DNA from: an uncultured delta proteobacterium
Lineage (GTDB): Bacteria; Desulfobacterota; Binatia; UBA9968
Reading direction: 5' to 3'
Assembly: GCA_963816145.1 (NCBI GenBank)
Contig: CAWFJP010000003.1
Coordinates: forward strand, 96,001-160,000
Length of the DNA stretch: 64,000 nucleotides
The notes under the pieces: generated by a model
The model's input: only the letters and a program-made list of their open reading frames with translations
Told to the model about the DNA's origin: nothing
Databases searched by the model: none
Part shown: piece by piece, positions 1 to 9,185 of the stretch
How the letters are laid out: each line of letters begins with the position of its first letter
How positions within the stretch are numbered: the stretch's first letter is position 1
Program-made: the position numbers and the translations under genes

Positions 1-704
1 CCGCTTAACATCTGCTCCGTACGCTCGGGGCGATAAGCTTTGTCGCCGACGCCGGTAACGCCAATCGCCGCGTGGGTGCATATGCCCGCGCTATCGACCG
101 CCATGCGCACGGCGACGCCGGTAACGGCGAAGCCCGAGGAGCGCGGCGCGGCTTTCTGATACGCGGTCTTGTCGTTGCCGGTCACCGGCACTTTGATGCC
201 GGTGACGATCTCGTCGGCTTCCAACACGCTCATCAGCAGCCCAAGAAAAAAATCATCGCACTTGACCCAGCGCTCGCCGTTTGGCCCGAAAACGCGAATC
301 TCGGCGTCGAGGGCGATCACCGCTGCTGGCCAATCGCCGGCCGGATCGGCGTGGGCGACGCTGCCGCCGATGGTGCCGCGGTTGCGCACTTGGACGTCGG
401 CAATGGTGGTCGCAGTTTGCGGCAGGAGGGGACATTTGACCTTGAGCAAGTCGGAATATTCGATCTGTTCGTGGGTGACCAGCGCGCCGATCACCAAGTT
501 GTTGCCCTCTTCGCTGATCGTAGCCAAACCGGGGATGCGGCCGATGTCGACGACGTACCCTGGTTTCGACAGGCGCATCTTCATCAATGGCAGCAGACTC
601 TGGCCGCCGGAAAGTATTTTGACGTCGTCTTTATGGTCCGAGAGGAACTTGACGGCGTCGGTCAAAGAACGGGGCGCGTAGTATTCGAATGCACCGGGAA
701 TCAT
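1..704 (-). CDS. Xanthine dehydrogenase family FAD-binding (CoxM/CutM-like) subunit, 3' end outside the window
   Basis: Not in the ORF track because it is truncated. Manual translation from ATG at 704 gives MIPGAFEYYAPRSLTDAVKFLSDHKDDVKILSGGQSLLPLMKMRLSKP..., later ADVQVRNRGTIGGS, typical CoxM motifs. It lies directly downstream of the large subunit. Confidence 0.9.
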   Translation of the reverse strand, partial: MIPGAFEYYAPRSLTDAVKFLSDHKDDVKILSGGQSLLPLMKMRLSKPGYVVDIGRIPGLATISEEGNNLVIGALVTHEQIEYSDLLKVKCPLLPQTATTIADVQVRNRGTIGGSVAHADPAGDWPAAVIALDAEIRVFGPNGERWVKCDDFFLGLLMSVLEADEIVTGIKVPVTGNDKTAYQKAAPRSSGFAVTGVAVRMAVDSAGICTHAAIGVTGVGDKAYRPERTEQMLS

Positions 705-706
705 GA

Positions 707-3133
707 CTAGAAAGTCCTCCGCTCTTTTTCCGGATTGTGATTGATCAGGCGCCACACTGCCTCCGGCGTGATCGGCAGTTCGCAAACCTTGGCGCCATAC
801 TGTTGCAGTGCATCCTCCACGGCGCTGGCGATTGCGGCCGGCGACGGTATGGCTGCGCCTTCACCAGCGGCTTTCTGGCCGAGCGACGTAAACGGCGACG
901 GCGAGGGTTGATGGATGACCTCGACACGCGGTGTTTCGGCCGCCGAGCATTTGCCGTAATCAAGATAGGTGATCGTCAGCGGTTGGCCCTCGGGGCTGTA
1001 CATGAAACCCTCGCCCAAGGCAACGGCGATGCCATGGGCCGCCGAGCCGTAGACCTGGCCGTTGACGACATCGGGATTGATCACCGTGCCGTTGTCACCG
1101 ACGATCAAATAGCGCAGCACGTGCACCGAACCGGTGTTCTTGTCGACTTCAACGATGGCGGCATGGGCGCCGGCGGAAAAGGTGAACTGCGCACGCACCT
1201 TGCGGTCGGCGCCGGGAACGATGTTCGGTTTGGCGTGGGGGAAGGTATAGTAGAAAGTCGCTTCCAATCCGGCTTCCATGCCGTCGGGGATCAGATGCTG
1301 GTTGTTGTAGGCGATGCGGCCCAACTCGGCGAAGGTGATTTGCTTCGCCGCCGCGCCGGGAACTTTGACCACGCTGTCTTCAATGATCAGTTCGGACGGT
1401 TGGGCTTTGAGATTGAAGGCGGCCAACTGCAAGATCTTCTCGCGCAGCTTGGTCGCCGCGCCATGGATCGCGCCGATGTCGTATAAGTGAAAGTTATTGC
1501 CGCTGTTGGCTGCTGCCACGCCCCATGCCGACAGGTCGCTATCGAAGGGGATGCTGGTGGAAATTTTGTCCGGCGACGCGCCGAGAACATCGGCGGCAAC
1601 CTGGGCCGTCGTTGTTTCGTGGGCCTGGCCGCAATTGGGCGAACCCAAATTGAGAGTCAATGTGCCGTTCTTTTCCAGTTTAATTTTCGCGCCGTTGACG
1701 CCGCCCGATCCGGGCGGTTCCTTCATCTCGGGAAAGATCGCCATGTCGCGGGCGGCGTTTCTTCCGCCGGGTTCGACGCCGACGACTACACCGACGCCCA
1801 GGAGCCGGCCTTGCTCGCGGGCTTCTTTCTGCTCGACCAGAAGATTGTCGTAGTCGATCTTTTCCAGCAGGGTTTTCAGCAGTCCGGGGTAGTCGCCGCT
1901 GTCGTAGACGTTGCCGCTGATGGTGCTGTATGGCATTTCATTGGCCTGGATCAGATTTTTTCGGCGCACTTCGATGGGGCTCAAATTGAGCGCTTGGGCC
2001 ACCCGATCCATCATCCGTTCCCAGATGAAACACATGCCCGGCTTGCCGATGCCGCGGTTTGGGATGACCGGGCACTTGTTGGTCACCACCGCGTTGCCTT
2101 CCATGTAAATGGCCGGGGTTTTGTAAGTATTCGACAGGTTATTGAGCTTGTTGGTGAAGTGAATCGTCAGCGTGCTGATGGTGCCACCGACGTCGTCATA
2201 TTCTTTGAACTTGAGACCGAGCACGGTGCCGTCGTTCTTCACCGCCGCCTCGGCTTCGACTTCCTGGTTGCAAGCGTGACCGCCGGCCATCATATGCTCG
2301 GTGCGGTCCTCGACCCACTTTACCGGCCGCCCGGTTTTCATCGCCAATAGCGAAACCAGCACGACGTACTTGCGGATCAAGTGAATTTTTTGACCAAAGC
2401 CGCCGCCGACATCGGGAATGATCACTCGGACGTCCTGCAGCCCTAGCGCTTCGCGCAGGCCGTCATAAATCACTTCCGGTACTTGCGCGGTTACCCAGAC
2501 CGTCAAGCGTTTGCTCGCCGCATCATAGGACGCGATGACGTTGAAAGGCTCCAATGGCGTCGAGCTGTAGCGATGGATTTTTAGTTTCTCGGTAACCACG
2601 CGATCGGCGGACTTGAATGCCGCGTCGATGTCGCCGTATTGCAGCGAACCGGTCCAGGCGAGATTGGTGCCGAGTTCGTCAAACAAAGCCGCCGCCGATG
2701 GTTTGATCGCCTCGTGAACGTCGACATTCGGACGCAGCGGTTCATAGTCGACTTGGATCAACTCCAGGGCATCTTCCGCCGTGCCGCGATCCCACGCGGC
2801 GACCGCCCCGATCGGTTCGCCGACATAGCGGACTTTGTCCACGGCGCCGGCGTACTCATCGATCGGGCGCTTCAAACCGGCGGCATAGCGGCCCGGCTTG
2901 AACGGCTTGGTCATTTTTTTAACATCGTCGGGGGTCACCACGGCAAACACGTTGGGTTGTTTGAGCGCTTCGGAGGCGTCGACCGACAGGATCTTGGCGT
3001 GGGCGTGGGGACTGCGCAGGATCATCGCCTGAAGCATGCCCGGCAATTTGAAATCATCGGTGTAGAGACCGCGGCCGGTGACATGGCGCGGCCCCTCTTT
3101 GCTGCGTGAACGGTTGCCTACGAACTTAGCCAT
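707..3133 (-). CDS. Xanthine dehydrogenase family molybdopterin-binding large subunit (CoxL-like, not form I CODH)
   Basis: 808 aa; LRSPHAHAKI, VRYVGEPIGAV, DVGGGFGQK, GQAHETT, INPDVVNGQVYG and KAAGEG motifs; active-site loop PNRGIGKP rather than AYxCSFR. Confidence 0.9.
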   Translation of the reverse strand: MAKFVGNRSRSKEGPRHVTGRGLYTDDFKLPGMLQAMILRSPHAHAKILSVDASEALKQPNVFAVVTPDDVKKMTKPFKPGRYAAGLKRPIDEYAGAVDKVRYVGEPIGAVAAWDRGTAEDALELIQVDYEPLRPNVDVHEAIKPSAAALFDELGTNLAWTGSLQYGDIDAAFKSADRVVTEKLKIHRYSSTPLEPFNVIASYDAASKRLTVWVTAQVPEVIYDGLREALGLQDVRVIIPDVGGGFGQKIHLIRKYVVLVSLLAMKTGRPVKWVEDRTEHMMAGGHACNQEVEAEAAVKNDGTVLGLKFKEYDDVGGTISTLTIHFTNKLNNLSNTYKTPAIYMEGNAVVTNKCPVIPNRGIGKPGMCFIWERMMDRVAQALNLSPIEVRRKNLIQANEMPYSTISGNVYDSGDYPGLLKTLLEKIDYDNLLVEQKEAREQGRLLGVGVVVGVEPGGRNAARDMAIFPEMKEPPGSGGVNGAKIKLEKNGTLTLNLGSPNCGQAHETTTAQVAADVLGASPDKISTSIPFDSDLSAWGVAAANSGNNFHLYDIGAIHGAATKLREKILQLAAFNLKAQPSELIIEDSVVKVPGAAAKQITFAELGRIAYNNQHLIPDGMEAGLEATFYYTFPHAKPNIVPGADRKVRAQFTFSAGAHAAIVEVDKNTGSVHVLRYLIVGDNGTVINPDVVNGQVYGSAAHGIAVALGEGFMYSPEGQPLTITYLDYGKCSAAETPRVEVIHQPSPSPFTSLGQKAAGEGAAIPSPAAIASAVEDALQQYGAKVCELPITPEAVWRLINHNPEKERRTF

Positions 3134-3599
3134 TTTTCATTCCCTTTGCCGCCTCTTTCACGGCGTCGACGATCTGCACATAGCCGGTGCACATGCAAAG
3201 ATTGCCGGCCAACGCTTTACGGATTTCGTCTTCCGATGGATTGGGGTTTTTCTGCAACAGCGCGTAGCTGGTCATCACCATGCCCGGCGTGCAGTAGCCG
3301 CACTGAAAAGCGTAGTTTTTGACGAACGCTTCCTGCACCGGATTGAGCTCGCCGTCTTTGGCCAGTCCTTCGATAGTCGTGATCTCGCGCCCATCGGCCT
3401 GCACCGCGAAATGCAGACATGACTTGACGACTTTGCCATCGAGCAGCACCGAGCAGGCGCCGCACTCGCCGATGACGCAGCCGACATGGGTGCCGGTCAG
3501 ACCTATGGTCTCGCGCAAGAAATGCGCGAGCAAAATACGCGGTTCGACCTCTTCTTCGTAGAGCCGACCGTTAATGGTCACACGAATGGTTTGCTTCAT
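3126..3599 (-). CDS. (2Fe-2S)-binding small subunit of a molybdenum hydroxylase (CoxS-like)
   Basis: GCVIGECGAC...SC and FQCGYCTPG...NLCMCTGY cysteine motifs. Confidence 0.93.
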   Translation of the reverse strand: MKQTIRVTINGRLYEEEVEPRILLAHFLRETIGLTGTHVGCVIGECGACSVLLDGKVVKSCLHFAVQADGREITTIEGLAKDGELNPVQEAFVKNYAFQCGYCTPGMVMTSYALLQKNPNPSEDEIRKALAGNLCMCTGYVQIVDAVKEAAKGMKNG

Positions 3600-3633
3600 A
3601 AGGAATCTAACCTAACTTTTGATACTGCAAGCG

Positions 3634-4494
3634 TCAACTAATCCGTTGGCAGGCTTCTTGAGCGGCACGGGGCACCAAGACTTTTACCAGCTCACGTTTG
3701 TAGTCCGCCGAGCCGCGGTTGTCGTCGGTGGGGTCGCATTCGCTGGCGGCGACTTCGCCCATTTCGCGGAGTAGGTCGTCGTTGATCGTTTTGCCGCGAA
3801 TGACGGCTTCTGCATTCTTGGCGTGGACGATGGTGGCGGAGACGGAATTTAAACCCAAGCGCACGTCTTCGCAGACCCCATTTGTCACTCGCAGCGTGAT
3901 CGCGACGCCCACGGTGGCGAAATCTTCGACGCTGCGCGGCGTGAACTTGATATGCGCCCAGCCGGTCCGACTCGGTGGAGGGACATGGATCTCAGTCAGC
4001 AGCTCGCTGGGCTCCATGGCGGTTTGATAGTAGTCGATAAAGAATTCGTCCAGCGGCAAAGTCCGCTGGCCTTTGCTACTGGTGAGCGTCACTTCGGCGT
4101 CTAACGCAATCAAGCTCGCGCCGGGATCGGTGAGCGGGTCGCCGCCGGCGAGGTTGCCGCCGATAGTACCCATGTTGCGGATGCGCGGTTGGGCGACTTT
4201 GCGGAAGGTTTCATGGAGCAGGGGATAGTGCTGCTTCACCGCTTTCGACAGCTCGATGTCGCGATGGCGCGCACCGGCGCCGATGCGCAGGCCTTCTTTG
4301 GCGTTATAAGTAATCTTGTCGAACTTCGGCAGCCGCGCCAAGCTGATCACGACTTTGGGGGTGAGCAGTCGTTGGCGCATCATGATGATCATCGATGTGC
4401 CGCCGGCCATGACCCTGCCGTCGTCGCCGTGTTTTTCCATCAAGGCGAAGACTTTTTTCAGCGTCGTCGGTTCTTGGTAGTCGAATCTAATCAT
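3634..4494 (-). CDS. Xanthine dehydrogenase family FAD-binding subunit (CoxM-like)
   Basis: Start moved to ATG 4494 (MIRFDYQEPTTL...AGGTS...IRNMGTIGGNL). The ORF-track extension to 4632 runs through an intergenic palindrome. Confidence 0.9.
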   Translation of the reverse strand: MIRFDYQEPTTLKKVFALMEKHGDDGRVMAGGTSMIIMMRQRLLTPKVVISLARLPKFDKITYNAKEGLRIGAGARHRDIELSKAVKQHYPLLHETFRKVAQPRIRNMGTIGGNLAGGDPLTDPGASLIALDAEVTLTSSKGQRTLPLDEFFIDYYQTAMEPSELLTEIHVPPPSRTGWAHIKFTPRSVEDFATVGVAITLRVTNGVCEDVRLGLNSVSATIVHAKNAEAVIRGKTINDDLLREMGEVAASECDPTDDNRGSADYKRELVKVLVPRAAQEACQRIS

Positions 4495-4526
4495 GCGTCT
4501 GCTTGCCCGTGGGCCAAAAGAGGTTC

Positions 4527-4613
4527 TCACCACGAAGGACACGAAGAGCACGAAGTTCGGAACAATCATTAGTTTCTCTAAACCCTTCGTGCCCTTCGTG
4601 AGCTTCGTGGTGA
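4527..4613. repeat. Intergenic REP-like palindrome, CACGAAG family (copy 1)
   Basis: TCAC-CACGAAG-GA-CACGAAG-AG-CACGAAG-TTCGG ... CTTCGTG-CC-CTTCGTG-AG-CTTCGTG-GTGA; a related copy is at 63527-63597. Confidence 0.85.
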
Positions 4614-4646
4614 AAGATTTTTTCGCTTTCATGTCTCGTGTGCGGC

Positions 4647-6929
4647 TTATTTACTACTCTGTTTTTCCTTTAGGGCGCGAAGTATCTTTTCCGGTGTGAT
4701 CGGCAAGGTCTTCACGCGCACGCCGACGGCGTCGAAGATGGCGTTATTGATCACCGCTGCGGTCGGATCCATGTTGAGTTCGCCCAATCCCTTGGCGCCG
4801 AAGGGGCCGGTGGGCTCGTAAGAATCGGCGAAGGCATGTTGCAGCGGCGGCATGTCGCGCATGGAGGGAATACGATAATCGGAAAAATTGGGGTTGATCG
4901 GCCGCCCTTCCTCGATCTGCAAACCTTCGGTGAGCGCGTAGCCGAGGCCTTGGGCCAAACCGCCTTCGACCTGGCCTTCGGCGCCGATCGGATAGATCAC
5001 TGTGCCGCAGTCGGAGGCGACGACCATTTGCAGGACTTTCACCTGTCCAGTCTGAGGGTCGACGTGAATCTGCGCTGCTTGCACGCCGTAGTTGTACGCG
5101 CCCGATTCGTTGCCGAAGCGGGTGCTATCAGGGAGCACGGAGTCGGCGTCGAAACTGCCGGAGCCGACGATGGGCGCGCCGTTATGGCGGAACAGTCTGG
5201 CGCGGGCGACATCGGCGACGGTCACGGCTTTACCTTCGGCGCCCTTCACGAAAATCCTGCCATCCCGCGACATCATGTCGGCGGCGTTGGCTTCTAACAT
5301 CTCGGCGGCCTGCTCAAAGAGTTGTTGTTTAACGTTGGTGGCGGCGTTCTTGACCGCGTTGCCGCTGACATAGGTTAAACGGCTGGCGAAAGCGCCCAGG
5401 CAAAAGGTCGTCAGATCGGTGTCGGCGCGGGAGATTTCCACATCTTCCACCGGCACGCCGAGCTCTTCGGCGGCGATCTGGCACATCGCCGTGTGCACGC
5501 CCTGGCCGCATTCGCCTTCGCCGCTCAGGATCAGCGCCTTGCCGTCTTCGTTGATTTTGATTGTCGCCGAGCTGCCGTCGTAGTCGCCGAAGTGGCGTTT
5601 GCCGCTGACGTGAACGGTGCAGGCCAAGCCCAACCCCGTGTTCGGCGCTTTGTTGGCGCGCTTGGCTTGCCAGTCGATCATCTTCTCGGTCATGTCGAGG
5701 CACTGCTTGAGCTCGCAACTGGTGACGCGATTGCCGTGCGGCGAGACGTAGCCGACTTCGGCGGCGTTGATACGGGCGATTTCCAATGGATCGATGCCGA
5801 GGGCGTGTGCGCCCAGGTCGATGGCCTGCTCGACCGCCCATTCCGCCGAAGGATTGCCGAAGCCGCGGAACGCTCCGGTGGGAATCTTGTTAGTGTAGAC
5901 AAGCTTGGCTTCGAGCTTGACGTCGGAATACTTGTAGCAAGTGTCATGGCGCATCGCCGCGACGCCGGTGATCGCCGGCGCCTTGGCCGAATAGGCGCCG
6001 TTGTCGGCGATGACTTTCAGTTCTTTGGCACGGATGCGGCCGTCCTTTTTAAATCCCATCTTGACGTTGATCTTCATGAACACACGCGGTCGGCAGCCGG
6101 CCAAAAACTCTTCTTCGCGGCTGTTGATCACCCGCACCGGTTTGCCGGCTTTGCGCGCCAGCACGGCGCAGACCAGCGCATTGTTATCGTCGCAGGACTT
6201 GCCACCGAAGCCGCCGCCGACCGCGCTCTGAATAATCCGCACGTCGGTCTCGGGCACGCCCAAGGCCGTGGCGATGCGGTAGCGCGCATTGAACAGCGTC
6301 TGGGTGTTCATGTAGATCGTATATTTACCGTTGGGCGCATACTCGACCACGCTGCCGATGGTCTCGATGGCACAGTGCCACTGCGGCATGCTGGTGAAGG
6401 TGTCCTCGACGATGATGTCTGAATCGGCGAAGGCTTGGGCGATGTTGCCGCGTTCGAGATCCAAGTGCATGGCGATGTTATTCGGCTTGTCGTCGTGCAC
6501 CAACGGCGCGCCGTCTTGCATCGCTTCATCGGCATCGAACACACCCGGCAACGGCTCCCAGTCCACTTCGATCAAATCGAGCGCTTCTTCGGCGATATCG
6601 GGATCGATGGCCGCCACCGCCGCAACTTCTTCGCCGACGTAGCGGGTTTTACCGACCGAGAGAATATATTGGTCGGCAAAAAATGCGCCCCAGGGGCGCT
6701 TGATCGTGTCTTCGGCGGTGACCATGGCGCGGACGCCGCGCAGCTTCTCGGCCTTGCTGGTGTCGATGCTGCGGATGCGCGCGTGGGGATAGGGGCTGCG
6801 CAAGATCCTGCCGGTGAGCATGCCGGGCAAATGAATGTCGGCGATGAATTTGGAGTCGCCGGTGACTTTGTCGAAGCCCTCGACGCGCTGGACGCGCTTG
6901 CCGACGACGGAGAATTGAGATTTAGCCAT
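4647..6929 (-). CDS. Xanthine dehydrogenase family molybdopterin-binding large subunit (4-hydroxybenzoyl-CoA reductase alpha / nicotinate dehydrogenase-like)
   Basis: 760 aa; LRSPYPHARI, VGGGFGGK, AFRGFGNP, GQG, ASR, EGQVEGG and GPFGAKGLGE motifs. Confidence 0.9.
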   Translation of the reverse strand: MAKSQFSVVGKRVQRVEGFDKVTGDSKFIADIHLPGMLTGRILRSPYPHARIRSIDTSKAEKLRGVRAMVTAEDTIKRPWGAFFADQYILSVGKTRYVGEEVAAVAAIDPDIAEEALDLIEVDWEPLPGVFDADEAMQDGAPLVHDDKPNNIAMHLDLERGNIAQAFADSDIIVEDTFTSMPQWHCAIETIGSVVEYAPNGKYTIYMNTQTLFNARYRIATALGVPETDVRIIQSAVGGGFGGKSCDDNNALVCAVLARKAGKPVRVINSREEEFLAGCRPRVFMKINVKMGFKKDGRIRAKELKVIADNGAYSAKAPAITGVAAMRHDTCYKYSDVKLEAKLVYTNKIPTGAFRGFGNPSAEWAVEQAIDLGAHALGIDPLEIARINAAEVGYVSPHGNRVTSCELKQCLDMTEKMIDWQAKRANKAPNTGLGLACTVHVSGKRHFGDYDGSSATIKINEDGKALILSGEGECGQGVHTAMCQIAAEELGVPVEDVEISRADTDLTTFCLGAFASRLTYVSGNAVKNAATNVKQQLFEQAAEMLEANAADMMSRDGRIFVKGAEGKAVTVADVARARLFRHNGAPIVGSGSFDADSVLPDSTRFGNESGAYNYGVQAAQIHVDPQTGQVKVLQMVVASDCGTVIYPIGAEGQVEGGLAQGLGYALTEGLQIEEGRPINPNFSDYRIPSMRDMPPLQHAFADSYEPTGPFGAKGLGELNMDPTAAVINNAIFDAVGVRVKTLPITPEKILRALKEKQSSK

Positions 6930-6961
6930 ATTGGTTATCGTTGAGCGTATTCTTTCGGATT

Positions 6962-7047
6962 ATCTCTCGCAAAGACGCTAAGCTCGCAAAGGGAAGAACA
7001 ACTTCTTGGGTCTTAATACTTGGCGTCTTTGCGCCTTTGCGAGAGAT
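6962..7047. repeat. Intergenic REP-like palindrome, CGCAAAG family
   Basis: ATCTCT-CGCAAAG-A-CGCTAAG-CT-CGCAAAG ... CTTGGCG-T-CTTTGCG-C-CTTTGCG-AGAGAT. Confidence 0.8.
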
Positions 7048-7057
7048 TGTCTTAATC

Positions 7058-7609
7058 TTAGCTCGTTTTTGCCACCGGTTTATAAACGTCGAGGCTCTGA
7101 ATCTTTGCTGTGGTCTCGCGTTTACGAAACTGATAATCCGGATCGGTTTTGCCATTGATCACGGCCATCACCGATTCGAGAATCTTGTAATATCCCGTGC
7201 AGCGGCACAGATTGCCCGACATCCACTCCTTCACCTCTTCTTCACTCGGCTGGGGATTTTCATCGAGCAGAGCTTTGGCAGCCATGATCTGGCCTGGAGT
7301 GCAGATGCCGCACTGAAAGCCGCCATATTCAATAAACGCCTGCTGCAGCGGATGGAGCTTGCCGTTTTTAGCCAGTCCCTCAATGGTTTCGATATTTTTG
7401 CCTTCACAGCCAGCAGCTAGGGTCAGACAGGAACTTACCAGGCGGCCATCGACAATCACGCTACACGCGCCGCAGACGCCGATGCTACAACCCTCTTTGG
7501 TGCCGGTGAGGTCGAGGCTGTCGCGCAGCACTTGCAACAGCAAGCGGTTGGCTTCGACTTCGACCTCGTAATCTTGTCCGTTGACGGTGAGAGTCAACTG
7601 CTTTTTCAT
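7058..7609 (-). CDS. (2Fe-2S)-binding small subunit (CoxS-like)
   Basis: Start moved to ATG 7609 ([11 protein letters not shown]); [14 protein letters not shown] and QCGICTPG...NLCRCTGY. Confidence 0.92.
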   Translation of the reverse strand: MKKQLTLTVNGQDYEVEVEANRLLLQVLRDSLDLTGTKEGCSIGVCGACSVIVDGRLVSSCLTLAAGCEGKNIETIEGLAKNGKLHPLQQAFIEYGGFQCGICTPGQIMAAKALLDENPQPSEEEVKEWMSGNLCRCTGYYKILESVMAVINGKTDPDYQFRKRETTAKIQSLDVYKPVAKTS

Positions 7610-8019
7610 GTCGCCGACCATAGCGTTTGTCGCCAATAGATTCAACGTTTCGGGCGCATAAAGGCTGGCGTGAATCGCCCGGGCTCCGAGACATTTTCCC
7701 AGGAGAATTGAATCCAAGATTCGTACTCGCCTTGCCTAGTGATTGGGCAAGCTGCCCGGATATTCGGCATTGGATGAATCACGATCTGTCCAATCCAGTT
7801 GTGAACCGGGTATATCCTGAGGGTTTCGAGATCGTACTAAATGATTTTGCCAATACGACGGTGGCGTGAAATCTTGCTCCGAAATTTCCCTGAGAGTTTT
7901 AATTGGACTGATGATTCAGTTGTGATATGGCGTCAATGTGGGTCGGGTTGCCTTACCATAATCCTGGTCGTCAGGGTTTCATTCGAAATAATTTACCGGT
8001 CGTGGATAAGGAGAACAGC

Positions 8020-9093
8020 GTGACACATAGAAGCATTAGATTCTTATTCCTGGCGCTGGTCGCGCTCATAACCCTTAGCGTCGAATCGAAGCGGGCCGAC
8101 GCGCAAAGCGGCGGCGCTACTGATCCGCGCTTCGAAAAGCTCGCCAAAGACCTATATCCGAAAGCGAAAAAAGAAGGATCGTTGGTCATCTATACGATCT
8201 GGGACGTCGAGCATATCCGCTCAATCCTGGCGGTTTTCAACAAGCGCTTTCCGGACATCAACACGAGCTATTGGCAGGGCACGCGCTCCGAGATCATTGC
8301 CCGCACCTTGACCGAATTTCAGGGTGATCAGAAAAGCACCGACGTGATTCTCAGCGAGGGCGCGCCGGTGGTGCTGCGCGCCGCCGGCGCGATCGAGCCC
8401 TATAACACTGTGCAAGCTAGTGCGCTGCTGCTGCACGATCCGACACTGCCGACGGTGAGCCTGCAGATCATGGCGCTTTCGTATAACACCAAAAAACTTA
8501 AATCCGAAGATCTGCCCAAGAGCTGGGAGGATGTGATCAATCCCAAATATAAAGGCATGGTGGCGCTCGACGATCCACTGCGGGCTGGACCGTTGAGTGG
8601 CTTGCTCGCCGGAACAAAAGAGTACTGGAAAGACGATGCCCGCTGGACCAAATACGTCAAGGGATTGAAGGCGCTCAACGTCACCTTGCACAAAAGCACC
8701 AGTGCGATGTTTCGCTTGCTGATTGCCGGCGAGTATTCCATCGCCATGCCTTCGCTGCTGCACGACGTGGTCGAAGAGAAAGAAAAGAGCAGTCCGGTGG
8801 ACTACGTGAGAAGCGCCGCGCCGATTATTTCGGCGCAGCAGTTGGGTATTTACGGCAAGGCGCCGCATATCAACGGCGCCAAGTTATTCGCCGAGTGGAT
8901 GATTGCGCCGGAGGGACAGCTGGCGGTGGCCGCAGTGGGCCGTGAGGTGTCGCGCAAAGGAGTGAAATCCAAAGCGTCGATCGAGAGCGCCTGGGATAGC
9001 AAGGTCAAACCGATCCCGCTAATCAATAGCGCTTATTCCGAAGACCCGCGCAAGTGGCTCGACGCCAACGTCAAGCCATTGTGGGAAAACTAG
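8020..9093 (+). CDS. ABC transporter substrate-binding protein (iron/thiamine/polyamine-like SBP family)
   Basis: GTG at 8020 after AAGGAG; signal peptide; AKKEGSLVIY, YNTK..LPKSWEDVINPKYKG and APHINGAKLFAEW motifs. Confidence 0.85.
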   Translation: MTHRSIRFLFLALVALITLSVESKRADAQSGGATDPRFEKLAKDLYPKAKKEGSLVIYTIWDVEHIRSILAVFNKRFPDINTSYWQGTRSEIIARTLTEFQGDQKSTDVILSEGAPVVLRAAGAIEPYNTVQASALLLHDPTLPTVSLQIMALSYNTKKLKSEDLPKSWEDVINPKYKGMVALDDPLRAGPLSGLLAGTKEYWKDDARWTKYVKGLKALNVTLHKSTSAMFRLLIAGEYSIAMPSLLHDVVEEKEKSSPVDYVRSAAPIISAQQLGIYGKAPHINGAKLFAEWMIAPEGQLAVAAVGREVSRKGVKSKASIESAWDSKVKPIPLINSAYSEDPRKWLDANVKPLWEN

Positions 9094-9185
9094 CCGGGTT
9101 AGCCTGCCTCGCGCGCTGGCAACTTAACAAAGATCAAGAGTCGTGCTGGCGCGTGACACTGCAAAAGGTGTAGAGCATAAGACCG

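Noticed and set aside
707-3599. Aerobic CO dehydrogenase (coxMSL) call
   Set aside because: Lacks the form I AYxCSFR loop, gene order is S-L-M, and no cox accessory genes are seen.
4527-4613. Possible mini-CRISPR or guide array
   Set aside because: Units are 7-9 bp and inverted, with no unique spacers and no cas genes in the window.
4495-4632. N-terminal extension of the FAD subunit (MKAKKSFTTKLTKGTKG...) and ORFs 4493-4699, 6922-7155, 6941-7420
   Set aside because: These translate the palindromic repeats or antisense strands; true starts are downstream.
72-6944. Long plus-strand ORFs (e.g. 72-710, 737-1486, 1487-2350, 5493-6422)
   Set aside because: Antisense shadows of the minus-strand molybdenum hydroxylase genes, as expected in high-GC DNA; no motifs.
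7860-7880. Sigma54-like promoter TGGCGTGAAATCTTGC (also TGGCGCGTGACACTGC near 9147)
   Set aside because: GG-to-GC spacing is 11 nt rather than the required 10.
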